Notes under the pieces: generated by a model
The model's input: the letters and a program-made list of their open reading frames with translations, nothing else
The model's database searches: none
Told to the model about the DNA's origin: nothing
IMG/VR virus record: IMGVR_UViG_3300036831_000039
Location: 1 to 63,105 of that record
DNA: 63,105 bases
From: a virus
Lineage: Duplodnaviria; Caudoviricetes
Reading direction: 5' to 3' (one strand)
Made by a program: the position numbers and the translations under genes
In this document: positions 1-11,400 of the stretch, piece by piece
Numbering within the stretch: the first letter of the stretch is position 1
Layout: each line of letters starts with the position of its first letter

Positions 1-116
1 ACCTTTATCTGCACAGGTGTGGTGGGCTCCACAGGTAATTAGTGTTACATCCCTTCCTAGTACGTGTGTTCCTGGGGGGCCATTATACCAGCTAGTGTCT
101 GGAGGGCCTCCTGCTA
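1..116. repeat. Terminal direct repeat (circular assembly overlap), copy 1
   Basis: 1-116 is identical to 62977-63092, and an ORF reads through the join. Confidence 0.95.
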
Positions 117-2242
117 CTGCTGGAGTTGTATATTACTGCTCTGCATCAAATACTCTAACACAATTAGGAGCAAGTGGTATTACTCCTCCTGGATCATCTA
201 CATTAAACGCTTTAGCTAGATGGGGAAATACTTCTGGGGGCTCTCTTAAGAACTCTGGAGTTATACTTTCTGACACAGGTTCAATTACCGGTATAAGTTC
301 TCTTACTCTAGCCGGGACTGGAGTGGGGTCATTAAACGAAATATTGACTTCAACTCCTACTGGAATTCAAATTGTGGATCAAGGGGGTACTGAAAATGGG
401 CTAACCTTTGATATGTCGCTTTTTACCACAGATCATACAGTTCAGTGGCCTGATGCAGCAGGTATAGTAACCCTTGGTGGTAATACATTTAGTGGTACGG
501 GTAATATTGTACGCGCTACTTCGCCAACTCTGGTGACGCCTAATCTCGGTACGCCCTCTGCGGCTACTCTTACAAATGCAACAGGACTCCCGATTTCAAC
601 AGGAGTGTCGGGGCTTGCGTCTGGTATCGCGACATTCCTCGCTACGTCAACTAGCGCTAATCTCGCGACGGCGGTGACCGATGAAACCGGCAGTGGCGTG
701 CTCGTATTCGGCACTTCTCCTACGTTAGTTACGCCAACACTTGGCGCGGCTACAGTGACAACCCTCAACAAGGTCACGATCACCGCTCCCGCGACTGGAT
801 CGACACTTACGATCGCTGATGGCAAGACACTTACAGCGAGCAATAACGCGACTGTAAGTGGCACGAATACGGGCGACCAGACCATCACGTTGACTGGCGA
901 CGTTACCGGTAGTGGCACCGGCTCATTCTCGACATCCGTTAATCTGCTCCACCCAAACACGACGCTCATCACGTCATCCAACTCACCATATTCTGTTGCG
1001 GCGACCGACTTCTTCATTGGAGCTGACGCCACGTCTGGCGTGATTACAATCAATCTCCCCGCTGCTACCGGCACTCATCGGCTTGTAGCAATTAAAAAAA
1101 TAGATGCGGTGAACAACGTAACTATTACTCCTAATGGTACTGATACTATTGATGGTGTAAATGCTTCGATGGTAGCGAGCGCTCAGAATGCAAATCATGT
1201 TCTAATGGACGCTGCTTCTGGGGTTTGGTATACATATCATCGGGTAGCGGTTGGAGGTTGTTGTTCTGGTTCTACCAATAATATTACAGTTAATGTTTTA
1301 AATACTACTGCTACAACAGCAGGTACATCTAGATCTGATACTGCTACTGCACCTACTGCCTCGGCGTCTACTCAAGCTGGAGTTAATTACTCGATCACAG
1401 CTTCTAATGCTACAGCGGGAACAACTAATGCGGGCGCACAGGCTGGTGGTATCGTCAACATCACAGCCGGTAATGCGGCCCGTCTGACATCTGGCAACGC
1501 CAACGGCGGGGGTCTAAATCTCTCAGTAGGCAATGGCATTGGCACAGGGACTATTGGTTTCATATCACTCTACAACTCTGGATATGTAAGTGGCTCAATA
1601 GGACTTCCGACGCAGCCACTATTGCAGTTCGGGTGTGCTGGAACTAACTGTACCACTGGCGGAGGTGACGGATTCTTTTACACCAGTAACGCCGATGTTG
1701 CACTTTCAACTGGAGGAACCGCAGCAAGCACGATAGTATTTGCACGAAACGGATCGAGCTTAGGAAATGTAGGTGTTGGGTCCGTTGCTCTCCCGAATAC
1801 GGGATCGATTGGATGGGGCTCAGCAGCCCTAGTAAGTGGCGCTGTGGAACAAACTGTGGTGGATACGTGGCTGATACGTTCAGCGCCGAGTGTAGTCAAA
1901 TTCAGTGCTAATGGTTCAGCACAGTACCCTCCAAAGGCCCTGACGCTTTCAAACGGGGCGAATAATGATCTTGCCATTGCTGGTGCGGGCTTTGTGCGTG
2001 TCACCGGGCCAACAGGAGCATTCTCAATTAGTGGATTTGCTGCCGGTCAGGATGGCGAAGTTTTGAGAGTTTACAATGCTACATCGCAGGCTATGACAAT
2101 TACAAATAAAGCTACATCAACAGCAGCAAACCAAATTAATACTCTGACTGGTGCAGATGTAGTTCTTCGTACAGGACAGTCGTTTGCTACTTTCATTTAT
2201 GACGGTACGTCTTCTTTTTGGATTTTGACGGCTGCTAATTAA
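1..2242 (+). CDS. Fibre-like virion protein, 3' part; true start is ATG 62936 across the join (~760 aa with signal peptide)
   Basis: T/G/S/A-rich beta-type sequence with TDETGSGVLVFGTSPTLVTP and ITINLPAATG..IKKID..VTITPNGTDTIDG motifs typical of phage fibres. The frame continues upstream from 62936. Confidence 0.7.
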   Translation, partial: PLSAQVWWAPQVISVTSLPSTCVPGGPLYQLVSGGPPATAGVVYYCSASNTLTQLGASGITPPGSSTLNALARWGNTSGGSLKNSGVILSDTGSITGISSLTLAGTGVGSLNEILTSTPTGIQIVDQGGTENGLTFDMSLFTTDHTVQWPDAAGIVTLGGNTFSGTGNIVRATSPTLVTPNLGTPSAATLTNATGLPISTGVSGLASGIATFLATSTSANLATAVTDETGSGVLVFGTSPTLVTPTLGAATVTTLNKVTITAPATGSTLTIADGKTLTASNNATVSGTNTGDQTITLTGDVTGSGTGSFSTSVNLLHPNTTLITSSNSPYSVAATDFFIGADATSGVITINLPAATGTHRLVAIKKIDAVNNVTITPNGTDTIDGVNASMVASAQNANHVLMDAASGVWYTYHRVAVGGCCSGSTNNITVNVLNTTATTAGTSRSDTATAPTASASTQAGVNYSITASNATAGTTNAGAQAGGIVNITAGNAARLTSGNANGGGLNLSVGNGIGTGTIGFISLYNSGYVSGSIGLPTQPLLQFGCAGTNCTTGGGDGFFYTSNADVALSTGGTAASTIVFARNGSSLGNVGVGSVALPNTGSIGWGSAALVSGAVEQTVVDTWLIRSAPSVVKFSANGSAQYPPKALTLSNGANNDLAIAGAGFVRVTGPTGAFSISGFAAGQDGEVLRVYNATSQAMTITNKATSTAANQINTLTGADVVLRTGQSFATFIYDGTSSFWILTAAN

Positions 2243-2258
2243 GGAGTAACATTAAATT

Positions 2259-2504
2259 ATGATGATTGTAGCCTCTGGAACCGCAACTCTCGTGTTAGGC
2301 ACTGCAACTGTGTCTACTACAGCATCTCAGACTGGTATGGTAGTCCTTATGTCTACAGTTACTGCTATTGGAACCCCTGGGGCCAAATTAGCGGTGGGAA
2401 CTATTACCCCAGGAACATCATTTGTTATAAATTCATTACTACTAGGATCACTTTCAGTACAAACTTTGGATACTAGTACGATTTCTTGGGCAATAGTGGG
2501 ATAA
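2259..2504 (+). CDS. Small fibre-associated/structural protein
   Basis: AGGAG RBS; GTATLVLGTATVST...SFVINS...DTSTISWAI resembles fibre tip modules. Confidence 0.5.
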   Translation: MMIVASGTATLVLGTATVSTTASQTGMVVLMSTVTAIGTPGAKLAVGTITPGTSFVINSLLLGSLSVQTLDTSTISWAIVG

Positions 2505-2531
2505 ATTAGTATTATTAATCATATTAATTTG

Positions 2532-2561
2532 TTGACATTATATGTATAAATAATGTAATAT
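2532..2561 (+). promoter_or_regulatory. Sigma-70-type promoter for the head operon
   Basis: TTGACA-N18-TAATAT in an AT-rich intergenic gap. Confidence 0.6.
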
Positions 2562-2601
2562 TAACTATCCCAAATCTTGGGAATAATTCTGAGGATAATT
2601 A

Positions 2602-3069
2602 ATGGCTGAATTAAGCGGTACAATTTCTGGGCAGGATGTTGATCTTAATTCTGATCCTCCAAAGCAATCTAAGCCGTTTAAAGCCTCTAAACCCTCACTA
2701 TTCCAGCAAGCAGGTTCTCGTCTTCAGAGCGATTCTCAGTCTGGATTTGGCCAGGAAGGCGGTTCGCCGGAAATTATGGCACTTCAGTTTATGGCCATGA
2801 TTCAGAAGGGAATCCAAGGCCTCTCTGCCATGTATCCGGGGCTTACGCCATTAACTAGTGATGTCATGGGGCGGCTTCAAATGGCAGTTCCGGCACTAAT
2901 TCAGGATTCTAGTAATGGGGGAATGGGAATGATCCCTATTCCAGGCCAGCCCGCACAGCAGCCTCCAGCTAATCCTATGATGTCAGCACCTCCTCCAATG
3001 GGGGGCGGTTCTCCAATGGCCGGACCTCCAGGGGCTAGTGGTCCTATCGGTCCTGTACCTGCACAATAA
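2602..3069 (+). CDS. Pro/Met/Gly/Gln-rich head-module protein
   Basis: GAGGA RBS; lies before the scaffold and capsid genes. Confidence 0.55.
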   Translation: MAELSGTISGQDVDLNSDPPKQSKPFKASKPSLFQQAGSRLQSDSQSGFGQEGGSPEIMALQFMAMIQKGIQGLSAMYPGLTPLTSDVMGRLQMAVPALIQDSSNGGMGMIPIPGQPAQQPPANPMMSAPPPMGGGSPMAGPPGASGPIGPVPAQ

Positions 3070-3095
3070 GTTTTACAATTAGAAAGGAGCCAATT

Positions 3096-3809
3096 GTGGC
3101 ACGGGTGACTATTAAACAGAAGCTTCAGGCAATCCAGCAGAAGTATAGTGTTTCAGAGGATGAAGCGAAGGATCTTCTTAATGAGCTGGAGCAGGATTAC
3201 AACAAAGCGGATCTTGCTGACAAGTGGAATGATTGGTATTCGGAGAACAAGGCAATTATTGATGCTAATGCTGCTAGAGCGGGTCAGGCTGACCAGCTTG
3301 AAAGTGAACTAGCTCGAATTCGTCAGACAGTTAGTCCTGGTGATGAGCGCCGACAGGTTACTAATGAACAGCCACATAATGCCGATCCATCCTTTAATCC
3401 ACAGCAGTTTGCATCAAATCTTTTCAAGGGTGCCTCAGATCTAGTAAAACATGTAAATGTCATTACTACTCAGCACTATATGAAGTTTGGGGAGGTTCCT
3501 GATCTAGACGAGATTGAGAAGATTGTAAATAGCCGGGGCCTGAATTTCGTAGAAGCTTACAAAGTATGGGCTGAGCCAAAAGAGAAGGAAAAGTTTGAGA
3601 CTGATCTTAAGGCTAAGTACGAGAAGGAATTTGCAGAGAAGCTAGAACAGGAAAAGTCTAAGCTCAAGTTCCCATCCAATACTCCTAGGGCTAATTCTAA
3701 TAGTGCAGTTAGAGCCCTATTGGAGAAGAAAGAAGTTAATGAATCCGACCTGATGGATGATTTTATTAAGGATCTAAATACTCCCGTATCCAAGACGGGA
3801 AGTGCGTAA
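3096..3809 (+). CDS. Putative capsid scaffolding protein
   Basis: Charged, helical sequence directly upstream of the capsid gene; AAGGAG RBS. Confidence 0.6.
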   Translation: MARVTIKQKLQAIQQKYSVSEDEAKDLLNELEQDYNKADLADKWNDWYSENKAIIDANAARAGQADQLESELARIRQTVSPGDERRQVTNEQPHNADPSFNPQQFASNLFKGASDLVKHVNVITTQHYMKFGEVPDLDEIEKIVNSRGLNFVEAYKVWAEPKEKEKFETDLKAKYEKEFAEKLEQEKSKLKFPSNTPRANSNSAVRALLEKKEVNESDLMDDFIKDLNTPVSKTGSA

Positions 3810-3889
3810 AATAATTGTAGTTGTGTACTAACGCCGTAGGCCCGCAGCTATTGCTAAACGGGCGAATGGGTTGGGGAGGAAAATAAGCA

Positions 3890-4993
3890 ATGGCTGAACT
3901 AGAACAGATTTCAGTAGCCACTCACCGTTTTATTCGCAAAAACGGAGCAAAGCTGGTTGATAACGTATTCCAGCGTGGGGCCACGGGCAAGTATCTACGT
4001 GATACCCTAAAAGAAGACTATACAGGCGGTCGTCTTATCCAGGAAAATGTCCTGTATGATGTTACGTCTGGTGGATTCTACCAGAAGGGCGAAAGTTTCG
4101 ATATCACGCAGCACCAGATGTTCGAGCATCTAGAGTTCTTGCCGAAGTATTTCTATGAGAATATTACCCTCTTTAAGGAAGATATTCAGGTTCTTAACCG
4201 CGCTGGTAGTGAGGCTGAGATTTTCTCGCTGGTCAAGGCGGCTACAGAAACTGCATTTAGATCCGCAGGCGCTAAGATTAACCTTGCGGTATTTTTCCAG
4301 GGTCAGGGCGTTGGTACTAGTAACTATATCAAGGGCATTAACGGCTTCGCTGAAGCTCTTAATGATGGCTCTGCGCCGTCTTGGGACGGTAACAGCTATA
4401 CCACTTATGGTGGACTAACTCGTGGTGGAAAGGTTGGTACTACCCTCAATTCCATTCCGGTTAAGGTCGATGGCACACTAGAGCTTCCTCTTCTAGAGGA
4501 ACAGTATGGTAAGGCTATGATTGATGATGAGCCTAACCTCATTATCACTACGCCTCTCAACCTTAGCTATCTTAAGGAAAAGCTCTGGGCGCAGCAGATT
4601 TATGAAACTACCCAGGATGTTAAGGCCGGTATCACTGCTCTTAAGTTTAATGGTGCTAACATTCTTTGGGATAGATATTGCCCAGGGTCTGAAATTGCTG
4701 GTCGTGTTGATCCAGCCGCTAATCGCCTTCTAGATCAGACAATTGGTCTAGGCACTTCATATCCAACTATGACTTCCACGGCTGGTGCTGCTGGTGAGTC
4801 ACTGTGGATTCTCACCGCCAAGAAGCCATTTATCAACTTCTATGTTTCGTCTGATGAAGAGTATGCGTTCGGATTTACTGGATTCAAGGTTGCTCAGGAT
4901 AATACAGTAATTGCTGGTCAGATTCTTCTGGCAGCCAACATGACTGTACCTGCCCCTCGTGTCCATCGTCAGCTTCACACGATTACTGGTTAA
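3890..4993 (+). CDS. Major capsid protein
   Basis: 367 aa with strong GGGAGG RBS and biased codons; LVDNVF, GGRLIQE, INGFAEAL, YGGLTR, PNLIITT, LKFNGA motifs typical of HK97-fold capsids. Confidence 0.8.
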   Translation: MAELEQISVATHRFIRKNGAKLVDNVFQRGATGKYLRDTLKEDYTGGRLIQENVLYDVTSGGFYQKGESFDITQHQMFEHLEFLPKYFYENITLFKEDIQVLNRAGSEAEIFSLVKAATETAFRSAGAKINLAVFFQGQGVGTSNYIKGINGFAEALNDGSAPSWDGNSYTTYGGLTRGGKVGTTLNSIPVKVDGTLELPLLEEQYGKAMIDDEPNLIITTPLNLSYLKEKLWAQQIYETTQDVKAGITALKFNGANILWDRYCPGSEIAGRVDPAANRLLDQTIGLGTSYPTMTSTAGAAGESLWILTAKKPFINFYVSSDEEYAFGFTGFKVAQDNTVIAGQILLAANMTVPAPRVHRQLHTITG

Positions 4994-5016
4994 TAACAAA
5001 CTGAGGAGGATTTAAG

Positions 5017-5541
5017 ATGGGAAGTCGTACTTTTATTCAGCGTGCTCAGTTCGTTCAGACTGGCAATCCAACCACTGTTAATGACGTAGCACCATATGCA
5101 CCAGGGCAGGTAGGTTCGTATCTGCCCGATTCAGACCGACTATACCAGTACGTAAAGACGGACTCTAATGCTGCTCCAGCTGCTGCACTTGTGGCGTTTT
5201 GGAAGGACAAGACCAATTATATTGTCACTACTGTACTGGCGGACGCTAATGGCGGAGTTGGTGATGGTAGAAACTTCGTAGCTGGCATCTTTATGAATTC
5301 TGTTACAGCAGGAAGTTACGGATATATCCTTAAGGAAGGTAAGGGCGTTAATGTTAAATGCGCTTCTTCGCCCACTGCGGGCGATCTCCTAATTGCCAAT
5401 ACTGGTACGAACTCAGACGCAACATCGGTAGCTGTTGGTTCAGCCCCTACGGTAAACATTAAGCGTATCGGGGTTGCTACGGCAGCTAAGAGCGGGGCAA
5501 ATGTAGCTACAGACGTTGAGATTGGGTTTGATACGGTCTAA
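5017..5541 (+). CDS. Capsid decoration/cement-like protein
   Basis: Follows the capsid gene; YQYVK..VAGI..GSYGYI pattern; GAGGAGG RBS. Confidence 0.55.
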   Translation: MGSRTFIQRAQFVQTGNPTTVNDVAPYAPGQVGSYLPDSDRLYQYVKTDSNAAPAAALVAFWKDKTNYIVTTVLADANGGVGDGRNFVAGIFMNSVTAGSYGYILKEGKGVNVKCASSPTAGDLLIANTGTNSDATSVAVGSAPTVNIKRIGVATAAKSGANVATDVEIGFDTV

Positions 5542-5554
5542 GGAGGATTAGTTA

Positions 5555-5821
5555 ATGGCTGCAATTAATGCAAAAGTAACTAGCCGCGATAAGACCGCCA
5601 CTAGTAAGATTCTTCGATTTAGGGGTACTGCGGATGCAGGGCTGACAATTGCCACTGGTGATACGCTAACTCTAAATATGAAGAAAGTGTTTGAGGTTAT
5701 TACTAACAAACCTGCACTTATGACAGGATGGTCATATAACGAGGCTACTAAGGTTCTCACATTCACTGTCACTGGCGGGCCTGCAACAGCGGTATTTGTA
5801 ACTGTGGTAGGTAGAGCTTAA
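5555..5821 (+). CDS. Small structural protein
   Basis: AGGAGG RBS; last gene before a terminator. Confidence 0.55.
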   Translation: MAAINAKVTSRDKTATSKILRFRGTADAGLTIATGDTLTLNMKKVFEVITNKPALMTGWSYNEATKVLTFTVTGGPATAVFVTVVGRA

Positions 5822-5853
5822 CGTTTAACACCGCTAATACGTAATTTTTTGTG

Positions 5854-5892
5854 ATGGTGGCGTGAAGTAATATTTGCGCCACCATATTTTTT
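5854..5892 (+). terminator. Intrinsic terminator after the capsid genes
   Basis: ATGGTGGCG...CGCCACCAT stem followed by ATTTTTT. Confidence 0.75.
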
Positions 5893-5907
5893 AGAGGGAA
5901 ACTTTTA

Positions 5908-6822
5908 GTGGCCGAAACTTTTGAAGGATTAGCGGGAAAGGTCTTACTGTCATGCCCTTCTGCGGGACCATTTCTAGCCAGAGAATGGATTAGCTCCGCG
6001 TGGCTGGATTTAATGCGCAGTCGGGAATGGTCATGGCGCTGGAAGTATGCCTATATTCAGATTCCGGCAGTATATAGTACTGGTACAGCATCTATTAGTG
6101 TCGGAACTACTACGGTTACTCTAACTGGAGCTACCGTACTTGCGGCCTGGGTAGGTAGACAGTTTAGAGCCGGGTATAATACTCCAATTCTTACAATTAC
6201 TTCCGCAGTCGATGGAGCAAGTACATTTGAATTAGATCAGCCTTGGTATGGGGTTGATGCTATAAATTCTCCGTATAATGTGTATCAGGCCTATTATCCC
6301 ATGCCAACTGGTTGTACTGCTATTAGAAGCGCTACAGACCCTAGAAATCAGTTCCCTATAGCGACCACAGGCCTTACTAAGGAAGATTTAGACCAACGTG
6401 ATCCACAGCGTACGGTAGGTGGTGCTCCACCACGAGCTATAGTCCCTATTGATTTCTATAATGGAGTCCCACGATGGGAGTTATGGCCACACCAGTATAC
6501 GCAGGGTTTTATTAGAATTTCCTACGTACAAAAGCCCGCTGATCCATTTACTGTTGGTGCAGTAATTCCAGACACTATTGATGGAGAAGTTATCATTGAA
6601 AAAGCTTTAGCTCTCTGTGCTAGATGGCCCGGAGCTAGTAGAGAAAATCCTAATCCGTACTACAGCGATAATAATGCTCAATTCCACTCTGGAGAATTCC
6701 AACGGCGATTAGCCGTACTCCAACGAGAAGACAACGAACTTATGCAGCAAGACGTTAGATATCGTGGCCAGGGACGCTATATTCCTAGTGCTGCGTGGGC
6801 TCAGATGCATGATGTAGGATAA
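5908..6822 (+). CDS. Head-tail adaptor-like protein
   Basis: Position, plus WSWRW, ELWP and YVQKP patterns; contains a YSTGTASI fibre-like insert. Confidence 0.55.
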   Translation: MAETFEGLAGKVLLSCPSAGPFLAREWISSAWLDLMRSREWSWRWKYAYIQIPAVYSTGTASISVGTTTVTLTGATVLAAWVGRQFRAGYNTPILTITSAVDGASTFELDQPWYGVDAINSPYNVYQAYYPMPTGCTAIRSATDPRNQFPIATTGLTKEDLDQRDPQRTVGGAPPRAIVPIDFYNGVPRWELWPHQYTQGFIRISYVQKPADPFTVGAVIPDTIDGEVIIEKALALCARWPGASRENPNPYYSDNNAQFHSGEFQRRLAVLQREDNELMQQDVRYRGQGRYIPSAAWAQMHDVG

Positions 6823-6837
6823 AAGGAGATAATTAAA

Positions 6838-7020
6838 ATGGGTAAGGGATCTAGTAATTTCATGGAAAGTCCAATGGAGCCGGTACGAACTCCGACACTT
6901 AATCCCACTAATAAGGGTATTTCAGGCGGGGAAGACGGTTATAAGAAACGTACTGGTGGAGCATTTCCTGAGAAGCAGCGAGAAACATATCCAGCACTAA
7001 AGCAGCCTACTAAAGGATAA
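6838..7020 (+). CDS. Small hypothetical protein
   Basis: AAGGAG RBS; fills the intergenic gap. Confidence 0.55.
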   Translation: MGKGSSNFMESPMEPVRTPTLNPTNKGISGGEDGYKKRTGGAFPEKQRETYPALKQPTKG

Positions 7021-7023
7021 CCA

Positions 7024-8406
7024 TTGAGTTCTTATAGTCATATTACATGGGATGGATTAGTAGACACTCTTACGGCTAGGCTAGGAGATAGTGGGAATGT
7101 CTACTGGACTAGAAGTGAGCTATATCTCTATCTTGTGGAGACTATAAGAACTTGGTCATTCTTAACTGCGTTTTGGAGAGATACAGGGATTGTTCAAACG
7201 ACTCCTAATACCGCATTCTACAATATTAATTCAATAATTAATGGTGTAGGAGAAAGTCTTCTATCTCAAACAGTTAAAGACCAAGATATAGTAACTGCAA
7301 TCCAATATCATTTATTGGAACCTGCTACTGGAAATTCATGGTCAGGATCGGATCAGTTTACGCTGGCCGATATTACTACTGCGATAGAAAAGCGACGTAA
7401 TCAATTTCTAGCCGAAACTGCATGTGTGGTTACACTAACTACCGGAATTTCAGAAATAACGCCAATTAGTAGACTGTCCCTATCAGATACCACAATAGCT
7501 GTGAGACGAGTAGCATTTAGAAATGATGCTAATGTGGTTTCTCCATTATGGCCAGAAAGTATTTCTAATCAAATGGCATTTGCACCAGATAATCTGCTTA
7601 CTCCTGGTGGACCAGTATCGTATTCCATAGATTCTGCGAGGGTGAATGAAGTAATACTAGCCCCTCCAATCTCAGATATTGGCACATTCGAGACTATTAC
7701 AGTATCAACAGGAACTCCATTAGATCCCACTATGGGGGTTATTCTAGGAATCCCAGATGATATGTCATGGGCTATTAAATGGGGGGCGCTTGCGGACATA
7801 TTAGGAAAAGATTCTCAAGTTCGGGATGCGGACAGGGCCGGATTTTGTGAGCGTAAATATAGAATGGCTTTAAGTATGGCTAAGTATGCGCCTGTTGTAT
7901 TATCAGCACAAATTAACGGTTCTTATACATTTACTGATTCTATTGCAAATTTGGATTCATTCCTAAGTACGTGGCAGTCCACTATTGGTACTCCTACATT
8001 CTTGGGTATGGAGCCTAATTTAATCGCAGTAGGTCCAGTACCTTCTGAAGCGGGGGCTATTCAATTAGATGTGGTTAGAAAAGCTCCTATAAGCTCAGGT
8101 AGTGCCTTTGTCCAGATTGGGCGTGAATATATAGATGTAATTATTGATTATGCATTACACCTAGCATGTTTTAAAATGGGCGGAATAGAATTTAGAAATT
8201 CATTTAGAAATGCACAAAATTTCTTTGATGCAGCGCTTAATTATAATCAACGGCTATCGGCACTAAGTCCTATAGCTGTTAAAATTATGCGTAATTCTAC
8301 TCGTACACTAGAAGACCGCCCGTTTGAACTCCCTGGCGGTGTAGGTACATTACAGAACAATACCTCTACCTCTACAACTACAGAGCAACGCCCACAGGAA
8401 GTATAA
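7024..8406 (+). CDS. Tail adaptor-like protein, probably two tandem adaptor domains; TTG start
   Basis: Repeated W/F-T-x-x-E/D-L helical starts and terminal ALxDY-type helices; position in tail module. Confidence 0.5.
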   Translation: MSSYSHITWDGLVDTLTARLGDSGNVYWTRSELYLYLVETIRTWSFLTAFWRDTGIVQTTPNTAFYNINSIINGVGESLLSQTVKDQDIVTAIQYHLLEPATGNSWSGSDQFTLADITTAIEKRRNQFLAETACVVTLTTGISEITPISRLSLSDTTIAVRRVAFRNDANVVSPLWPESISNQMAFAPDNLLTPGGPVSYSIDSARVNEVILAPPISDIGTFETITVSTGTPLDPTMGVILGIPDDMSWAIKWGALADILGKDSQVRDADRAGFCERKYRMALSMAKYAPVVLSAQINGSYTFTDSIANLDSFLSTWQSTIGTPTFLGMEPNLIAVGPVPSEAGAIQLDVVRKAPISSGSAFVQIGREYIDVIIDYALHLACFKMGGIEFRNSFRNAQNFFDAALNYNQRLSALSPIAVKIMRNSTRTLEDRPFELPGGVGTLQNNTSTSTTTEQRPQEV

Positions 8407-8434
8407 TGTTAGCCAATAAATTGGGGGAAATAGC

Positions 8435-11400
8435 GTGGCAGAAGAACGATTTAAAAGGGTCACTAATAGATTCTACTGTAGGGGTATTGATCTCAATAAT
8501 CCTCTCGATTCTATTAGGGATAACTATTTTCCCATACTTGAAAATATCCGCTCATACCAAGACGGGAGTGTTCAGCCACGGCCAGGACTCACACTTATTG
8601 GATCAGTCATAACTGGTCAAACTCCTGTTCATAGTATTAGACGACTTAATGACCCTAAGAACTCCACATGGGCTAGAATTGTAGGAGCTGGAACAGGCCT
8701 AGCATACGGCCAGACCTCTTTTACTCAAGCACAATACAATAGTTCCAATGTAGTTTTCTCTGGTGATCCACTTACTATGGTGCCGTTTAGACCAGACCAG
8801 AGTACAGATTCCTGGATGTATATTGCGGATTCACTGGCTGCATATAAAATACGGCGAGATGGAGTTGTACATAAAATTGGAGTAGCACCTCCAACAGTAA
8901 CTCCGATTGCCGAACTGGATAGGCCCTTATTTGATAAACTATTAAACTTCCAAAGTACCACCGGATGGACTAGTGACGGAACTGTATGTCCTGGTACTGG
9001 ATTTTGGACAACTCCTAATAGAATTAACACTACTACTACTAAAGTTATTTATGATTCTGGAGTTAATGGCTGGTGTTGCATAGTTCCAGCTTCCATGTCA
9101 AATATTGGTGTTGGGTCTCTATTAGATGTTACCTATGCCGGGCCTTCAACAGAAACAGTTATTGTTTACGAGGCTTTTAGAGGATCATCTGCAACTACGA
9201 TTGCTTCAGTTGCTTGGGATGATGGTAGCGTTGGACCTGGAATGTGCACAATTCGTCCAGCAAATTCTCTTAACGAAATCAAACGTAATGCGGTTATTTT
9301 AATTAATGGTACTATTTATAGCCGTATTACAGATGTTATCAGTGGGCCAGATGGATCTATTGCATTTAGGTGCTCTAATCCTGCTTTTGGAATAGGAATT
9401 TCTATCCAGGTAATAAATTCGTTTAGAGTATATTCTCTAGGAGGATTTGCAGCTAATGGCGGAGATGTATTAGCCCAAAAAGACTTAAGTTTTGGTATTT
9501 TGGCTACTGGCACAGGCTATATTCAGAATAATACTGCGCTTGATCTTACGAAAATGAGTGTTTCATTGTCGTCTACAGGGGGGGCCCTATACGATGACGA
9601 TTATATCCATATTGCGTTCAAGTGCTCCGATCTAAGTAAGCTAACACAAGGTCGCATCATGTTTAATTGTGATGCTACCGATACCACATTTGCCCAAAAC
9701 TACTACTATCGTTCATTTACACCAAATGATCTGTTATTGGCGGCAAAAGGTACATTAACTTCTCTAGATACCCAAACTGTCGCCATTAACAATAATACAA
9801 TCGATACCACACAATTACGGTCTGGTCCTATTCTTTCTGGTAAAAATGATAGTAACGTTGATAATTTACTAGCGGATGCTGATCAACGCCTAGCTAATTT
9901 ACCACAAAATAGGAAAAAAACTGGTGATGTAGATCCTAACTCTCCTAATACCGCTGGAACCACTCGGTCACAGACGGCTACAGGGGATAATCAATGGTCT
10001 GAAATCAGATTTAAGCGCGCAGATTTACAGCGGGTAGGCACAGCCAACAGGGGTTACGCAGACATCACAGGATTTCGGTTAGAACTAACGATATCTGCAT
10101 TAGCAGTAACTATTGATGTTAACTCATTAACTATTTGGGGATCATCTGAACCCGATACAGGAGATATCGGAGAGCCTTATCAATACCGATATAGATATCG
10201 CGTATCTTCTACAGGGGCTTGTAGCAATTTCTCTCCAGCTAATTTCAGTGGAGTAAATGCTCTACGAACTCAAGTAATAGTTGCTATGACGGCATCTACG
10301 GCACCAGAGGTAGACAAAATTGATATAGAACGCAGGGGTGGTACATCTACAGAGTGGACATTTATAGGTACTGTATCCAATTCTGTGCATCAATTTACTG
10401 ATACCATTTCGGATGATGCGGCTATCGGAAATGCCCCATTGTCTGATGGCGATACTAATTTCCAGCCTTGGCCAGTTAGACTTGCTCCAATATCTGTAAC
10501 AGCCTCAATCGTAGGGGGATGCGTAATTAAAACTTTATCCGCATTGCCCACTGGATTGCTCAAAGGTACTGCAATTACTGTTAATGGTATTGCTACTACA
10601 TTTAGACGAATGTTAAGTGCCGGAGTGTATGAGCTATCAGACAGTATAGGCAATACTACTGGAGGGGTTACTGTAGAAGTTCCAGAACCAGTAATAACTA
10701 GTCCATTATCTGCATTATGGGGTCCATGGAAAGGTAGGGCATTAGCTTGTGGAGATGACAATAATCCAGGGACATTGTATATCTCTAATGGTAATAATTT
10801 TGATTCAACATTAGATATTCTTACTCTAGAGATTACTTCACCTTCTGAGCCCCTAATCAATGGCTGTGAGTTTAACGGAAGATGCTACGTATTCTCCTCG
10901 GAAAGAATGTTTGAAATTGAGCAAATTGGAGATAATCAGTTTATTTATTCCGAAGTACCTAATGCTAAAGGATTGTGGTCTAGATGGGCGCTTGCGGTAG
11001 GTTCTAGAATATTTTTTGAGGGAAAAGATGGCTTATACGGAACTATGGGCGGTCCTCCCATTTCTATTACAGATCAAACACTATTTCCGCTTTTCCCTAA
11101 TGAAGGAAATCTTGGAGTAAGTGTAAATGGCTTTAATCCACCAAACGTCATTAGTGGCCAAGAAAAATATCATAGAGTATCTTATTATGATAATTATGTA
11201 TATTTTGATTATAAAGATACTCAAGGCGGGTATAGAAGTTTAATGTTTACGGCTGATAGTTCCGAGCCTGGATGGTATCCGGACGTGTACACTCCTGGCG
11301 TAAGCTTTCACTATGGAGAAGAAGGTAAAGGCGTTCATAGTATTCTCTGTGGCGGAACCGATACTACTACGGGTAATTTATACCAGCTCTCGGGTACATC

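Noticed and set aside
1-116. Terminal repeat as the biological phage DTR
   Set aside because: It falls inside a coding sequence and looks like assembler overlap; real ends more plausibly lie near 54.2-55.1 kb.
442-1074. 210-aa antisense ORF and similar shadows (1678, 10390, 35980, 53815, 61317)
   Set aside because: They lie opposite well-supported genes and have typical antisense composition.
8406-8612. Holin-like hydrophobic ORF
   Set aside because: It is an out-of-frame overlap with the nozzle gene start, far from the lysis genes.
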